DNA of 64,000 nucleotides from Octopus sinensis (Eukaryota). Under the pieces are notes generated by a model, which had not been told where the DNA came from, made no database searches, and saw only the letters and a list, made by a program, of their open reading frames with translations. The translations under genes were made by a program, and so were the position numbers. Position 1 is the stretch's first letter; each line of letters starts with the position of its first letter. The stretch lies in NCBI RefSeq assembly GCF_006345805.1, contig NC_043002.1, positions 74,710,001 to 74,774,000 of the forward strand. Reading direction: 5' to 3'. Shown here in pieces: positions 36,147-48,781 of the stretch.

Positions 36147-36225
36147 AGTTCACAGTCTTTATGGTGCCGGCTGTCAGTGTTGCTGAATTTCCTGCCACTT
36201 GAAACCGATTTGCCTGTTGACAGAG
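36147..36225 (+). CDS. SMG5: SMG5 internal exon I (79 nt, between 16.8-kb and 25.2-kb introns)
   Basis: TTATAG acceptor, AGAG|GTAAGC donor. SSQSLWCRLSVLLNFLPLETDLPVDR resembles human SSQSLWNRLSVLLNLLP. Phase 0 to 1. Confidence 0.95.
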
Positions 36226-36844
36226 GTAAGCTAATATTTTTGTTGGACAGATTCCTGTAATTGAAGAAGAACAACAGGGTGGTGTGTGAGAAGAACAACA
36301 GAAGAGTGAGAGGGTGGGAGGATAGAAGTGGTGGGTGGGTGGGCATTTGAAGCCTACATCAGAATTTACCAAAGATTTAGTTATCTTCTGTTTCAATGCT
36401 TTAGTTCCCCCCTCCCCCCAGAGTGTCATGTAAGTTTGACTGTTCTACTTGAAACCTCTTTTAAGAGTCTGGTTTAATTTATATTTTTATCTTGTATGAT
36501 ATTTTGATGTTGGAAGATATAACTAATATAACAATGATCAGCCCGGCTACTAATCAACTTATCCTGGTGTAGAAAATGGATGTAAAACTGGTGAAGTATG
36601 TGGTCTTTGGTGATGACAATGTTTTATTGCTTACGTTTTAATTGTTTGATCATCTTCTTGCTAACTTCTTTCCGACCTTTGTTAGGAAGAAAGGACTGAA
36701 ATATAAGTGGTAATCAATCTATTGCTAAAATATATCTTTAGATGATTCTCAGTTGTTCAAGAATAAAAATAATTTCTAAAATTTTAGAAGAGCCCTATAA
36801 TATCAGTAAAGCTTATGAAGAATTTCAGCTATATATATATATAT

Positions 36845-37165
36845 ATGATGATGGCTGTCCACTCGTGACCGAGGAAGACCATTGCTGACCTTCAGGAACA
36901 TTATGCGCTCTAGGACTAACTTATATTTTGCATTTGCGGCTCTGTTGGTGGCTAATGAGCCCTGCTCTTGACAAGCATACACGACTGCAAACATTGCAGA
37001 CCAAGCTTTCCCCATTCACTATACGAGCCGTGCGCTTTTGCGCAACTCGCTTAAGTTCTTCATGCTGGATACGTGCTCTCTCAAAAGGGTTGATCCCCTC
37101 CTTAACCTGCTTCCTCCATCTGTGGCGATGACAGGCATTGTTCTCCCAGTCAGTGTCCTGCATAA
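36845..37165 (-). mobile_element. 3' fragment of a second RTE family
   Basis: Minus strand [19 protein letters not shown]...[18 protein letters not shown] (C2H2-like), then a short UTR and GACAGCCATCATCAT tail. Confidence 0.85.
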
Positions 37166-37187
37166 CACACATATATATATGTGTGTG

Positions 37188-37264
<77 letters not shown>

Positions 37265-37301
37265 TATATATATATATATGTATATATATATTATATATAT
37301 G

Positions 37302-37334
<33 letters not shown>

Positions 37335-37539
37335 TACACACACACATACATACATACACACAGTGTGTCCCAAAAGTCACTGATGGGTTTCAATTTTTAA
37401 TAACTTCTTTAACTTTACAAATAAATGCATGAAATTTTCATACAACTTAAAGGACATAATGGAAATTAAGCTAAAACAATGCAAAAGCGGATTGTGACTA
37501 GCGATGTGTAACAACGTCTGATATATATATATATATATA

Positions 37540-37708
37540 GTTGGAATTTACAGAAAAACAAAAGACAAAGACAGATGTATTAGTTTGATGCTTGGGAAAG
37601 TGAGAAAGTCTTTTACGTTTTGAGCCTACACTCTTCAACAGAAAAGAACACGAGGAAATAAACAGAGAGAGAAAAAAAAAAACTTGTGGATTTAGCAATC
37701 AATCATGG
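37540..37708 (-). mobile_element. Short TA-associated insert with a hammerhead-like motif, copy 1
   Basis: Homologous over its length to 38716-38897. Minus strand CTGTTGAAGAGTGTAGGCTCAAAACGTAAAAGAC. Confidence 0.7.
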
Positions 37709-38035
37709 CACCTGTGTACACACACACACACACACACACACACAACATTACTGATGACATATTGTTCTTCCTAAAGCACATGGCCCAGTGGTTAGGTGCT
37801 GCACTCACAATTGCTAAATTGTGGTTTTAATTTTCAGACTGGGCAGTGCATTGTGTTCTTGAGAGAAACTCTTCATTTTGCATTGCTCTGCAACCACTTC
37901 GTCATCTGAAGTATGACACATCAGTGCACCTGTACAGTCCATGTTGATTTGACAGAGGTAGTGAGATAATGTACAGCACTAACGCTTGATCATTATTAAC
38001 AAATTATCTGTGGCATTTGTTTAATAAGAAGTTAA

Positions 38036-38265
38036 GGCGGTGAGCTGGCAGAAACGTTAGGACACCGGGTGAAATGCTTAGCGGTATTTCATCTGTCTTT
38101 ACGTTCTGAGTTCAAATTCTGCCGAGGTCGACTTTGCCTGTCATCCTTTCGGAGTCGATAAATTAAGTACCAGTTATGCACTGGGATTGATGTAATTGAC
38201 TTAATCCCTTTGTCTGTCCTTGTTTGTCCCCTCTATGTTAAGCCCCTTGTGGGCAATAAAGAAAA
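38036..38265 (+). mobile_element. Young SINE family A copy
   Basis: CpG-rich, near identical to 63234-63460, with a possible AAGTTA TSD. Confidence 0.9.
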
Positions 38266-38715
38266 AACTAAGTTATGAAGCCTTGATCTGACATTTAAAA
38301 AAGGAGTCAAACCATGCCAGCATTGGACATGGATGTTAAATGATGATTATATATATATGTATATATAGCTGCAAGCCAGCTGTGTGGTGAAAAAGTTTCT
38401 TCCCTAACCATTTAGCTTTGGGTTCAGTTAAACTGCACATACAGATGTGTGTATGTGTCTCCTTGTTTTGACATCACATGATGGTTGCAAATGATTGTTG
38501 CCATCATACAAGTGATGTTGTTCGTTGCCAGTCTTCCTTGTAAACCATGTTTGACCATGGGAGGAATATCACCTTGCTTGGAAACAGGTAAGGTTTGGCA
38601 ACAAGAAGAGCATCCGGCTCTAAAAATATTTGCTTCAATTAACTACACTTGACTCATGCTAGCATGGAGAATTGGACATTAAATGATAATGGTGTTGTGA
38701 AAGAAGCCTGTCGTC

Positions 38716-38897
38716 ATGATAGATTGTTAGCCACTACACACATTTTTTTCTCTCCTTGTTTTTTCTGTGTCCCTTTCTGTAGAAGAGCATAGGCTCGAAA
38801 CGTAAAAGACTTTTCTATTCCTGAGTGTTATACTAATACATCTGTTTGTTTTGTACATCACCTGTCTTCGTCTTTTGTTTTTTTCGTAAACTCTCCC
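38716..38897 (+). mobile_element. Short TA-associated insert with a hammerhead-like motif, copy 2, within the microsatellite spacer of a SINE B
   Basis: CTTT-CTGTAGAA-GAGC-ATAG-GCTC-GAAA-CGT-A-AAAG at 38773-38808. Confidence 0.7.
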
Positions 38898-39124
38898 TAT
38901 ATATATATATATATGTATATGGTAGTGTGTCTGTGTTTGTCTTCCTACCATTGCTTGATGACTGATGTTGGTGGGTTTACATCTCTGTAACTTAGTAGTT
39001 CGGCAAAAGTGACTATTAGAATAAGAACTAGGCTTATAAAGAATAAGTCCCTGGTCAATTTGTTCAACTAAATGCAGTGCTCCAGCATGGCTGCAGTCAG
39101 ATGACTGAAACAAATAAAAGAATA

Positions 39125-39575
39125 TGATAATGAACTTGTTGTATCTAGTGCTCAGGTGCATTACAACTCATCAGAAAAAGTAACCAAAACTGCATGAACA
39201 GTAGATAGAATATGCACAAGCAGTAAACAGTGAAAAAGTCTAAAAAAAAAGGGGGTGGGAAGAAGAAGAAATGGGTGTAGAAAGGTGTAGTGTTGGTGAA
39301 TTTCAGGAAGTATGGAAGTGTTGAAGGATGTAGTATCTCAGTAGCTAACAACTGATGCAGGTAGTTTATTCCATGCTTCAGTAATTCTTAGCATGATAAA
39401 ATGTTTCTGAAAGTCATGGGTGCTCTGTTGTTTTTTGATTTTGTAAGCAAATCCATAAGTGTTAGACACATGAAATTCAAAAAGGTGCCCAAGGTTGTTG
39501 GAAAGATGGTGGATAATCTTGCAGGTGACTACCAAGCCAGTTGCCAGATGGAGCTTTAATGTGTCCATGTCCAGG
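39125..39575 (-). mobile_element. CR1-clade LINE 3' fragment
   Basis: KIIHHLSNNLGHLFEFHVSNTYGFAYKIKKQQSTHDFQKHFIMLRITEAWNKLPASVV is a typical CR1 ORF2 C-terminus. A stem-loop and ATT/ATC tail lie near 39125-39175. Confidence 0.85.
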
Positions 39576-40309
39576 GAAGCAAGATGTTCATCATCATCAT
39601 CATTTAATTAATAGATGAGCCAGAGGGCTGTGCCAGGTTCTGTGTCTGCTTTGGGATAGCTCCCCTTTCTCAAAATAATAATAATAATAATTACTGTTCC
39701 TAACATAGGCTAAACCCCTTGAGTTCAGGAAAAAGAAATAATCAAATATAGTAACCTCAGTACATTACTGGTACATTATTTTATTGACCCTGCCCTCCTT
39801 CCATGAAAGAATGTAAAGAAAAGTTGACGTCAGTAGGATTTGAACTCATGACATGTAGACTCAGAACAACATACTGCAAGGCAATTTTTCTCACATTCCT
39901 ACGATCCCATAGTAACGCAGTGTTAAATTGATAGAATGTTGTATGACTAGCTTCAATTGTTCCCTTCCTTTGTTGCTGTTCTCAACTGATAGACTTAATT
40001 CAAGTGTAATATACACCCCTCCTCTATTTTTGCTATTTTCTTTATTTTTCTTTTATTGTTATGAATTATAATATATCTTTTCAACTATGAAACTATTCTT
40101 ACAATTGAACTGCATGGTGCACCACTGAACATAATTTGCGTGTTTTGTTAAAACATTTTATTTACCGATCTAAATAATATTCATTCTTAATAAAATTGCT
40201 CTTTGGCTTTCAAATGCATTGTATAATAGATAATTAACAAGATGTTCATTCCTTCAACTAAAATGTTGTTGGAAGAGGTTATTTCTTTTAGTGTTTGTTT
40301 TATGAGATC

Positions 40310-40347
<38 letters not shown>

Positions 40348-40843
40348 TACATGCACACATACATACAGATACAAACACACATATGCATATATATGTTGAA
40401 CACCGATATATGTATTAATATATTGATATGTATCTATGTATATGTGTGTGTGTATATATATATGTATTTATGGATGTTTATGTATGTGTTACATAATACA
40501 TAACTATACATGTATGTTTGTGTCTATCAACTCCATGTAAAATATTGTTGTATCTATCTAAAAGGACAAAACAAAACAAAAATCTATTCTGATTTTAAAT
40601 GTCAATTTAAAGTCCTTGATTCTTTTGTTTGTGTACCCTTTCTGTCACAGTTGCAGTGTCAACATGACCCTGAGGGTTTACATGACTTGTCTACAGTGTC
40701 AACAAATATATAGCCGAGCATTCATTTCCTTTCACTGTTTCATTACCATTTGTTAGGTATTGCTGCTAATTCAGATGTGTGTATGATTTGCTCGATCAGC
40801 TTTAATTCATGATTCCATTCCACTCTTAATTGTTACCACATAA

Positions 40844-41033
40844 CCCTTTAGCATTTAAACTGGTCATATTTGGCTCAAATATTCTTCCTGTTTTATGTTC
40901 ATACTGGTCAGATCTGACCTCTCATACCTTTGCAAATATGTCATTCTAAAAACAATTACATTGTTGAGATCTCAGAGTTATGACATTATGCTGGGCTAAT
41001 TCAAAACAACAGTATAATTCAAACACTAAAGGG
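40844..41033 (+). mobile_element. piggyBac-like MITE
   Basis: Ends CCCTTTAGCATT / ACACTAAAGGG with decayed TTAA flanks. Homologous, in inverted orientation, to 43737-43945. Confidence 0.75.
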
Positions 41034-43619
41034 TTATACAGTGATGTATAAGAATTGTAGTCATGGCAAGCATTTTTATGTTTGTTGACTTATAGTAATA
41101 CCTGTGACGGGATTTGAAGTCATAACTTGACTTCAGTTGATGGCACTTTTTCTTCAGAAAATGTCTCCAATAAAACCACCTTTGATCCTATTTCGAAAGT
41201 CGGTCCTATATAACATACTTAATGCTCAAAAAACTTTTTTCCTGAACATGTGCTGCTGAAATTGAGGTGCAACTAATATGCCCAAGTGCATTTTATGCTA
41301 TTAAATAAAGTAACTCTTTTTTTTTTCTACTGCTACACCTATTGGTTTTAATTAATCTGATTGAATCCAAGTAAATTACGTGTATTTAATGCATTTAATT
41401 TATTCAGAATCAGTGCAATAATTTGAGCTTTCTATTTTAAGATCTGCAGGTTTAGGTTCATGTTTTTATCCCTAGAATTATTTTAGCAGATAAGCAGGAA
41501 TTAAATCATAAATTATTACTAATTTGTTCTGTAATGTTTTCTTCACATTCTGAATTTTAAAAATGAAACAAAACCAGACAAAACAAAGCAAGAAACTTTA
41601 TTTTTGTTTTCCAAGACTTCTAGATCGAAACAAAGGTTGGGTTAGAACTGACACAACTGGAAGTAAAGACCTAGTCTTCAGTGATGGTGAATGTAGAAGC
41701 AAATATTGACAGTGAAGACAAACTGCCATGTTTACTTGATTGTAAACCATTGGTTAATTTAGCAGCCTATTTACAAATTTAGTTCTGGAGAAGTAAGAGT
41801 GGTGGCATATTGTCATTGCCTTTTAGTATTTACTGTTCAGGGTTCAAAGAACGAGAGTTGAATTTTTTTGTCCCTTCTACCTGGGTCAGTTAAAATTACT
41901 AACCACACAACTGGTGCTGTTTGTTCAATTGACTCTTAGGATTTTCTGCATTACAAAAATATGAGAAATACCTTACAATATTGTTTAATGATGCAACAAT
42001 CTCTGCCTGGTGAAGGCGTGTTGCCTAGTGGTTAGGATGTTGCACTCAGAACCAGGGGGTTGTGGTTTCAATTCCTGGACCAGGTGATACATTGTATTCT
42101 TGAACAAAACATGTCAGTTCATATTGCTCCAGTCCACTCTTGTTTGCAATGGACTGGTGTCTCATTCAGTGACGATGTTGTGAGCTCAGTCACTTATGCA
42201 TTATAGAAACTGGGTAATCAGCCCTATGAGTTCAAGGATTTGAGATGGCAATGTTTTGGGGTTAATCATGCGGCAGTCTCCACCAGCATGTCATGTTGGT
42301 GCCCCCTCCCCTTCCCCTGCACAGTCCTTGAAAGAAGGAAAAAGAAATTTTGTGTCTCATTTTTTTTCTCAGCATATCTAATAAGTAGCTAAATTTTTAT
42401 TTACCATATCATTTATTTAAGTTTTTGGGTGTGCAGTTTCTTATCAATGTTCTTATATCCTGGCTGGCTATAAAGTAGAAATTTTTAAAGTCTGATACTT
42501 TTAGCTGCTCTTCCTCCCTAACTTAGTCAGGTAACTTGTCTCTAGTGTTGCTTCTGGCATTGTTGACTTTAAGGTCAAAAAGTGATAGAAATAATTCATT
42601 TGTATGAATAACTTTGGAAACATTTTAGATGTTACACAAATTCAAACTGCATTTATTTTTCAGGTGTTTTTATGAGCTTTATGGAAGTTAAACTATAACT
42701 GTATGATTAACCTTTTATTTTTCTGTATATATGTGTATGAAAATTAGTAGGCACATACATACATACATACATGCATGCACATGTAGTCTGGTCGGTTCTA
42801 AAATGAATTATCCACGCAAGTGTTTTTTTTATAGCTGGATGCCTGTCTTAATGTTAAGAACTCAACTAAGAAGTAGAAATAGTACCTGCTTTCAGCTAGA
42901 ATGACTGAAATAAGTAATGTTCTTGATGCAAGGACATAAGACATAACACAGTGCCTGTAGCTAGGTTTGAACTCATGACCTTTTCATCAGTTTTTCAGCA
43001 ACTTAACCATGTATCTGAATCTACTTCTCTATATTAAGAGAACAAAAAAAGAAGTTAGAAATGATTTCATTTCCCTTTGGGATATATATTTTATCTTGTT
43101 TGTGTTCCACTGAATTTAATTCATAGGAAATACCTCAAGCATTCACTAGGTTTTAAAAAGAAGTTAGTTTTTTTTTTCTTCTTCCTAATCTTTACACTCA
43201 TATTAAGTTCATTTTTCTTTTTGTTTCATTTTCAATGATTTATCTAATGCCATGTAAGTGTGATAAGATACAATTGATTCCTTGACTTTTTCTTATCAGA
43301 AATATTTGTTAATAGGTGATTTAATTCTATTTACTTGTGGAACTCTATCTGAAAAAAAAAATGCAGGTTGTGACATTCATGCCTTTTTTCTTTCTTAATT
43401 TTGAGCAAGTCATTAGTAATGTAATGAAAGTAAAATATTTACACTTAGAAATTTAAACGAGGACATAGAAACTTAACTTCTTGAGGCCTTACCCTCTACT
43501 TTGTAGCCTGGTCCCACTGTTTCCTTTTAAATAACTTTACCTCATTATCTGGAGAAAGGGCTGCACCTGTGATTATTGTAAGCCCTACAAGTCTGGTGAG
43601 GGTACTGAAGTTGATATTC

Positions 43620-44330
43620 TTCTTGAACAAAAACAAATCAACAACTACAGGAAAGACATGGACAAAGAGGGAAATTCAAAGAACTGATGTTTTGGAAAGA
43701 TGGATTGGGTATAGTGGCTAGTCTGAATTCTTTTAACCCTTTAACATTCAGATTACTCTGTTAAATGTTATGCTTATTTATTCACCTTGTTTTGATTTAA
43801 TCACATTATCTTTGAGATTTTGATGATGTGATTGTTGATTTTTAGCATGACATTGTATGCTGGGTTGGAGAGGCTCAATCTGGTTAGTTCAAACATAAAA
43901 CTGATAAATTATTTGGGCGAGATATGGCCTGTTTAAATGCTAGAGTTAAATACAATCTGAGTGACACGAGGAGGAGAACTAGTGAGTTGACTATGTTTGA
44001 GTGGGAGTGGCACAAGATCACTCAGCTCGAAGGACCAAGGGCTATATTTGTATCAGCAGAAAAAGCAGAGACAGTATCTCTGTTGGCTAGAGTTTGGAGT
44101 GTGTTGTTGAGTGATTCCATGTCAATCAGATGGGTAGGTTTCTTTTTGATGATGATATATGGTCTAGAATGTTTGTATGTGTAAGAGTGGTGCCATTCTA
44201 TTGTAGCTGTATTCCATTGTGGGTGTTACTTGAGTTTTTCTGAGAGAGTCAGCAACTGTTGGGAGGTGAAGTATTTTGTGGACCTGAAGAGAAAGACTTG
44301 TTTTTGCTGGGTGTACAGCCACCCGTAAGG
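43620..44330 (-). mobile_element. Decayed CR1/Jockey-type LINE ORF2 C-terminus, interrupted by the MITE
   Basis: Minus-strand pieces TQVTPTMEYS, YKYSPWSFELSDLVPLPL and, past the MITE, RIQTSHYTQSIFP resemble the motifs AQVRPxMEY, SSELSDLVP and TSHYSxSFFPR. Confidence 0.6.
43737..43945 (-). mobile_element. piggyBac-like MITE inserted at TTAA inside a LINE remnant
   Basis: TTAA|CCCTTTAACATT ... AATGCTAGAG|TTAA. Confidence 0.82.
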
Positions 44331-45862
44331 ACATAGATTTTGCACATTAGTTGCTATAAACCTGAAACAGACTTCATCCTTTATAAATTACAAGTATTTT
44401 TATTGGTCTGTTTGAACAAGCTGTTTCTATTATTGTTTAGGTCCAGATGAACCTTGATGCAGCTGACCTATGACATTCTAGCAGTAATCATTTGTATTTC
44501 AGTGACTACATTGCTTAATGCAAACAAGGATTCATTGGACAGTATAGGCCCTGATAGTCACGGCTGGACCACATTTCATCAGAGGTCTTCTGGCTCCATT
44601 CTAGCTTGGGGTTAAACAACAACAAATTTGCATGAGTAACATTGATTGTAACTACACACCAATAACAATCTGCAGGCTTTGGCCTTACTGTCATTGCATC
44701 AGATATAATTTTTACATGTATTTTAGGAATATACCGGAAAAGTTTTCTTTTGCCTTTGCTAGGTAGACATAAATCCTTAGAATTTTACTCAGAAGATTTG
44801 ATATCTAATCATGATATATGTGATCTTTGTAAATGAAAAAGCATGTTGACCTGTGCCGTTTGTTCCCAGTTTTCTGCATAAAACATATGAGCTGTTTGTT
44901 CTTTGTTAGGGAAATTATTACCTTGCTTGTAAAATAAGTGGGGTTGGTGATAAGAGAGGCACCTAGCTGTAAAAATGTCTGACCCATGCAAGCATGGCAA
45001 AGTAGACATTTAAAACAACAGTGATGATAATGATGATGAGAGAGATTATTAAGTCTTCATTAATGTCTTATATTATTTTTTTTTCATGTTAGCATGAATT
45101 AGATAGTAAAGAAAATCCATACATTTGTATGAGATATTTACTGATGAGAAGGTATCAGAGGTGGGTAGGGAGCAAATGGAGGTTTAACAGGAGTACATTA
45201 GATAATAAGTCCAAATATAGGCACGGATCTGTAGATGGAGACTTAATGGGGATATATTGGGTAATAGGCCAAGATATATATACATATATATACCTCTAGC
45301 TTACACCACTGTCATCACTTTAATGTTTGCTATGCTGTTGTTGCACAAGTGGGTGAATTTCTTTCTGCACTACATGTCACCATTCATCCTCCAAAATAAA
45401 ATCAGTTACATCAAAATGAAAAACAAAATGCATTTCAAATATATTCACACACATCAGTGTTGGAACATAGTTCTGACGCATTTTGGTATATGAAAGAAAT
45501 TCTGTTACCAATAGCAACACAGTTTCTTTGAGATACTGTTGATGCTATAGGTATATGAAATACATTCAGATGCTGAACACATGTCTAAAGAAAACATTTC
45601 TTTTCTTCCCATTTGTTAACAAGAAGTACATTGCTTGGCTTCAATCAACTAACCTAGTGATTCTCAAATTGATCAAATACCAGGGCTCTCCACTAACATA
45701 TTAATAAAATATTTTGGCTCCTCCCCACTTTTTAGTAATTGAGAAGGCAAAATAGTTTACATGCATGTAATTCTTTCTACAGGCACCTCATTTCTCAGAA
45801 TTATGATTTTAAAAAGTTTTCTGTTTGTGATTTTATTAACTACAGCAGTTTGTCTAAGCCCT

Positions 45863-45894
<32 letters not shown>

Positions 45895-45900
<6 letters not shown>

Positions 45901-46196
45901 CACATAAAAAGCACCATCCGAATCCCAGATACTTTTGTCTTACATTGTAGCAGTTTAACTACTCAATTACACTGCTTCAATTGAAATATTTCCCATTTCC
46001 CCTCTTCTCTATTCTTCTTTCTCTTTATACTCCTCTTATTTTTTCTACTCTTATCGAACTATTCCTCTCTCTCTCTTTTCACTTTATATTCTTCCCTAAC
46101 TCTTTCTCTTCCCATTTCTCTCTTCTCACTCTTTTCTTACACACACTCTCTCTTTTATGCTTTCTTCTCCTTGTTTTCTTCCTGACTCCTTCCTCA

Positions 46197-46237
<41 letters not shown>

Positions 46238-46278
46238 GCTTTCTTCTACTCCATGTTTTCTTCCTGACTCCTTCCTCA

Positions 46279-46321
<43 letters not shown>

Positions 46322-46640
46322 GTGTCCTCTGTTCTCCATTGTTCCTCTTTTTCTCTCCTCATCTCCTCTCTTTGGCTGGCTGGCTTCCGTGCTGGTGGCA
46401 TGTAAAAAGCACCAACTGATCGTGGCCGTTGCCAGCCTCCTCTGGCCCCTGTGCCAGTGGCATGTAAAAAGCACCCACTACACTCATGGGGTGGTTGGTA
46501 TTAGGAAGGGCATCCAGCTGTAGAAACACTGCCAAATCAGACGGGAGCCTGGTGCAGCCTCCTGGCTTCCCAGACCCTAGTTGAACTGTCCAACCCATGC
46601 TAGCAATGAAAAATTGACAATAAACGATGATGATGATGAT
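45895..46640 (+). mobile_element. RTE 3'UTR fragment interrupted by a 454-bp non-RTE insert (45920-46373)
   Basis: RTE repeat unit at 45895-45922 and 46374-46470, then the canonical tail ending TAAACGATGATGATGATGAT. Confidence 0.88.
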
Positions 46641-46814
46641 ATTTATATATAAAAGACCCTCCCTCCCAAACAACCCTCCTATGCAGTGTGTTTCCCATGA
46701 GTTCACCATTTCATTTATTGAAAAGGAATCATAGTCTGATTCTAGAGAAGGACCATGCAAACAAGCCACTATATTCCAAGAAAGCAAGTGGTAGGCATGT
46801 AAATTACCTGTTTA

Positions 46815-46995
46815 GGAACACGTAAAAAACACCCACTACACTCACGGAGTGGTTGGCGTTAGGAAGGGCATCCAGCTGTAGAAACACTGCCAGATCAGAC
46901 TGGGCCTGGTGCAGCCTTCTGGCTTCCCAGACCCCAGTTGAACCGTCCAACCCATGCCAGCATGGAAAGCGAACGTTAAATGATGATGATGATGA
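46815..46995 (+). mobile_element. Young RTE 3' tail copy
   Basis: Close match to 30520-30684 with a (GAT)n tail. Confidence 0.9.
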
Positions 46996-47350
46996 ATAGG
47001 GATTATTCAGAGTACCTGTGATCAGAATTGGTATATCCTGAATTGTTAAGAAGGATCAGTTAGAGAACAAGTCTCATGCTAAAAGTTGTGGTGGCATATA
47101 TGTTAAAAATTGTTTGAAAAAATTTCATAGTCAGAATTTGTATTAGAAGAATTTTCAAGTAAATGGTGTTGTGGTAATTACTAGTGCACCCATTCAGTCA
47201 TGTGCTTATGCTTGTGGGCCCTATTAGGTGGTGCACAGACATTACGACAGCAGAGTCCTGCTCATATCACCTTCGAAGTCAGCTCCTTGCTGCTTCAATC
47301 ACTGCCACTACGATATTTTAATGTCCACTTTTTCTTGCTTGTATGAGTTA

Positions 47351-47863
47351 CTAGCAGTATCGCCCGGCGTTGCTCGGGTTTGTAAGGGAAATAACTATAT
47401 AAGCATTTTTAGAGAGTTACTTCCCTTATAGATGCCAATTCGGGCTTTCTTAGCCATTTCTGTTTTGGTGTCTTCAAGCCATGAAGTCGTTGTTCTAAAA
47501 GAACGCTGGTCTCCTTGAGAACGCTTTATGACGTTGATTTCCTTACACTCCCTTCCCCACAGCTTCACGAGGGAGGGAAGAAGGGGGAGAAGCAAACAGG
47601 TGCAGGTGTGACTATGGACGCCAACTCCGCTGCCATTGACACACGAAAAATTATGCATTAAAATGGAATAAAAAATGATGTTAAATTATTTTTAAAATCG
47701 TAGACTCATCGTAGACGCGCACTAATACTCAGACGGGCTCGATATGAATCACGACTATAAGATACCCGAATTTGGTTAAACTGCACCGCAAAATGTGGGA
47801 GTAGTTAGGAATCTAAATCGAAGGGGACACACACTCACACAACTACAGTTTTATATATATAGA
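47351..47863 (-). mobile_element. Non-autonomous Helitron (513 bp)
   Basis: Minus strand starts TC and ends CTAG, with a subterminal hairpin CCCGAGCAACGCCGGG. Inserted between A and T with no TSD. CpG-rich. Confidence 0.9.
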
Positions 47864-48476
47864 TATACAATTTGCTGGGAAAGGCTTTCTGTGGCTGGAA
47901 ATCCTTCTTGTCACCAGCTTCCATTTAAGATGATGCCCTGCCTTTGATGGTTGTTTTCATAAAAGACTGGAAATGAATGATACTGCTTATGTGAGGGTGA
48001 TGTTCATTTACAACTATCATGCAATACCATGACAAGGAGAGAGAGAGAGAGAGAGAGATGCCCCCATACACAACTTTTTTCAGTTTCTGTCAACCAAATC
48101 CATTCACAAGGCTTGGTTAGCCTAGGGCTGTAGTAGAAGACAGCTGCCCCACATTTCCACATTGTGGGACTGAATTTGAAACCATATCGTTGGGGAGCAA
48201 ACTTCTTAACCACAAAGCCAAATATTTTTCATAATGTACCCTGCATAGAGAGGGGCCCAGCAGATGTAACTGTGCTTGTCACTCCATATTGATTTGTTAT
48301 TTTCACTTTGTTCCAGTCTGAATTACATGATTCTGTAAATTTAAACATTTATATACATGACCAGATCAGTCAGTTTGCTTTATGACTGGAATGATAGATA
48401 CCATGTCTGTTACACATGCCCTTGGTTGTGGATGTAGTGAAGATGGCAGATTAATTTCTTTCTTTTAACTCTTGAC

Positions 48477-48743
48477 CAACTGTTCTCAAGCAGGGTTCAT
48501 ATGACCCTTGGGAGTTCATATAAGATTCTGTTTATGTGTAATAAAATCAGTTATACTTCTACAATAAACAAAGTATTTTGACAGTTTTGTTTTTTTTATA
48601 AATACAATTTCTAATCATATTCAGTAATAAAAAATATAACTTTTTTTTAAAGACCAAATGACTGCGAGGGTCCTACCAAGCAAATTAGGAATCAAAGGGG
48701 GTCCATAGGTGAAAAAAAAAAAAAAAGTGGTTGAGAACTGCTG
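48477..48743 (-). mobile_element. hAT MITE, same family as 33941-34186
   Basis: Ends CAACTGTTCTCAAGC / GGTTGAGAACTGCTG. TSD CTCTTGAC / CTCTAGAC. Confidence 0.88.
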
Positions 48744-48781
48744 CTCTAGACAAATCAAAATCAAAACCGGTGACAGGTTTT

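Noticed and set aside
37361-37520. CAGTGTGTCCCAAAAGTC, a Tc1-like left TIR
   Set aside because: No matching right TIR or coding remnant seen, so it could not be delimited as a feature.
39140-39175. Minus-strand CTGATGA followed by a GTTGTA/TACAAC stem, hammerhead-like
   Set aside because: No GAAA or helix III. It is the 3' stem-loop of the CR1 fragment.
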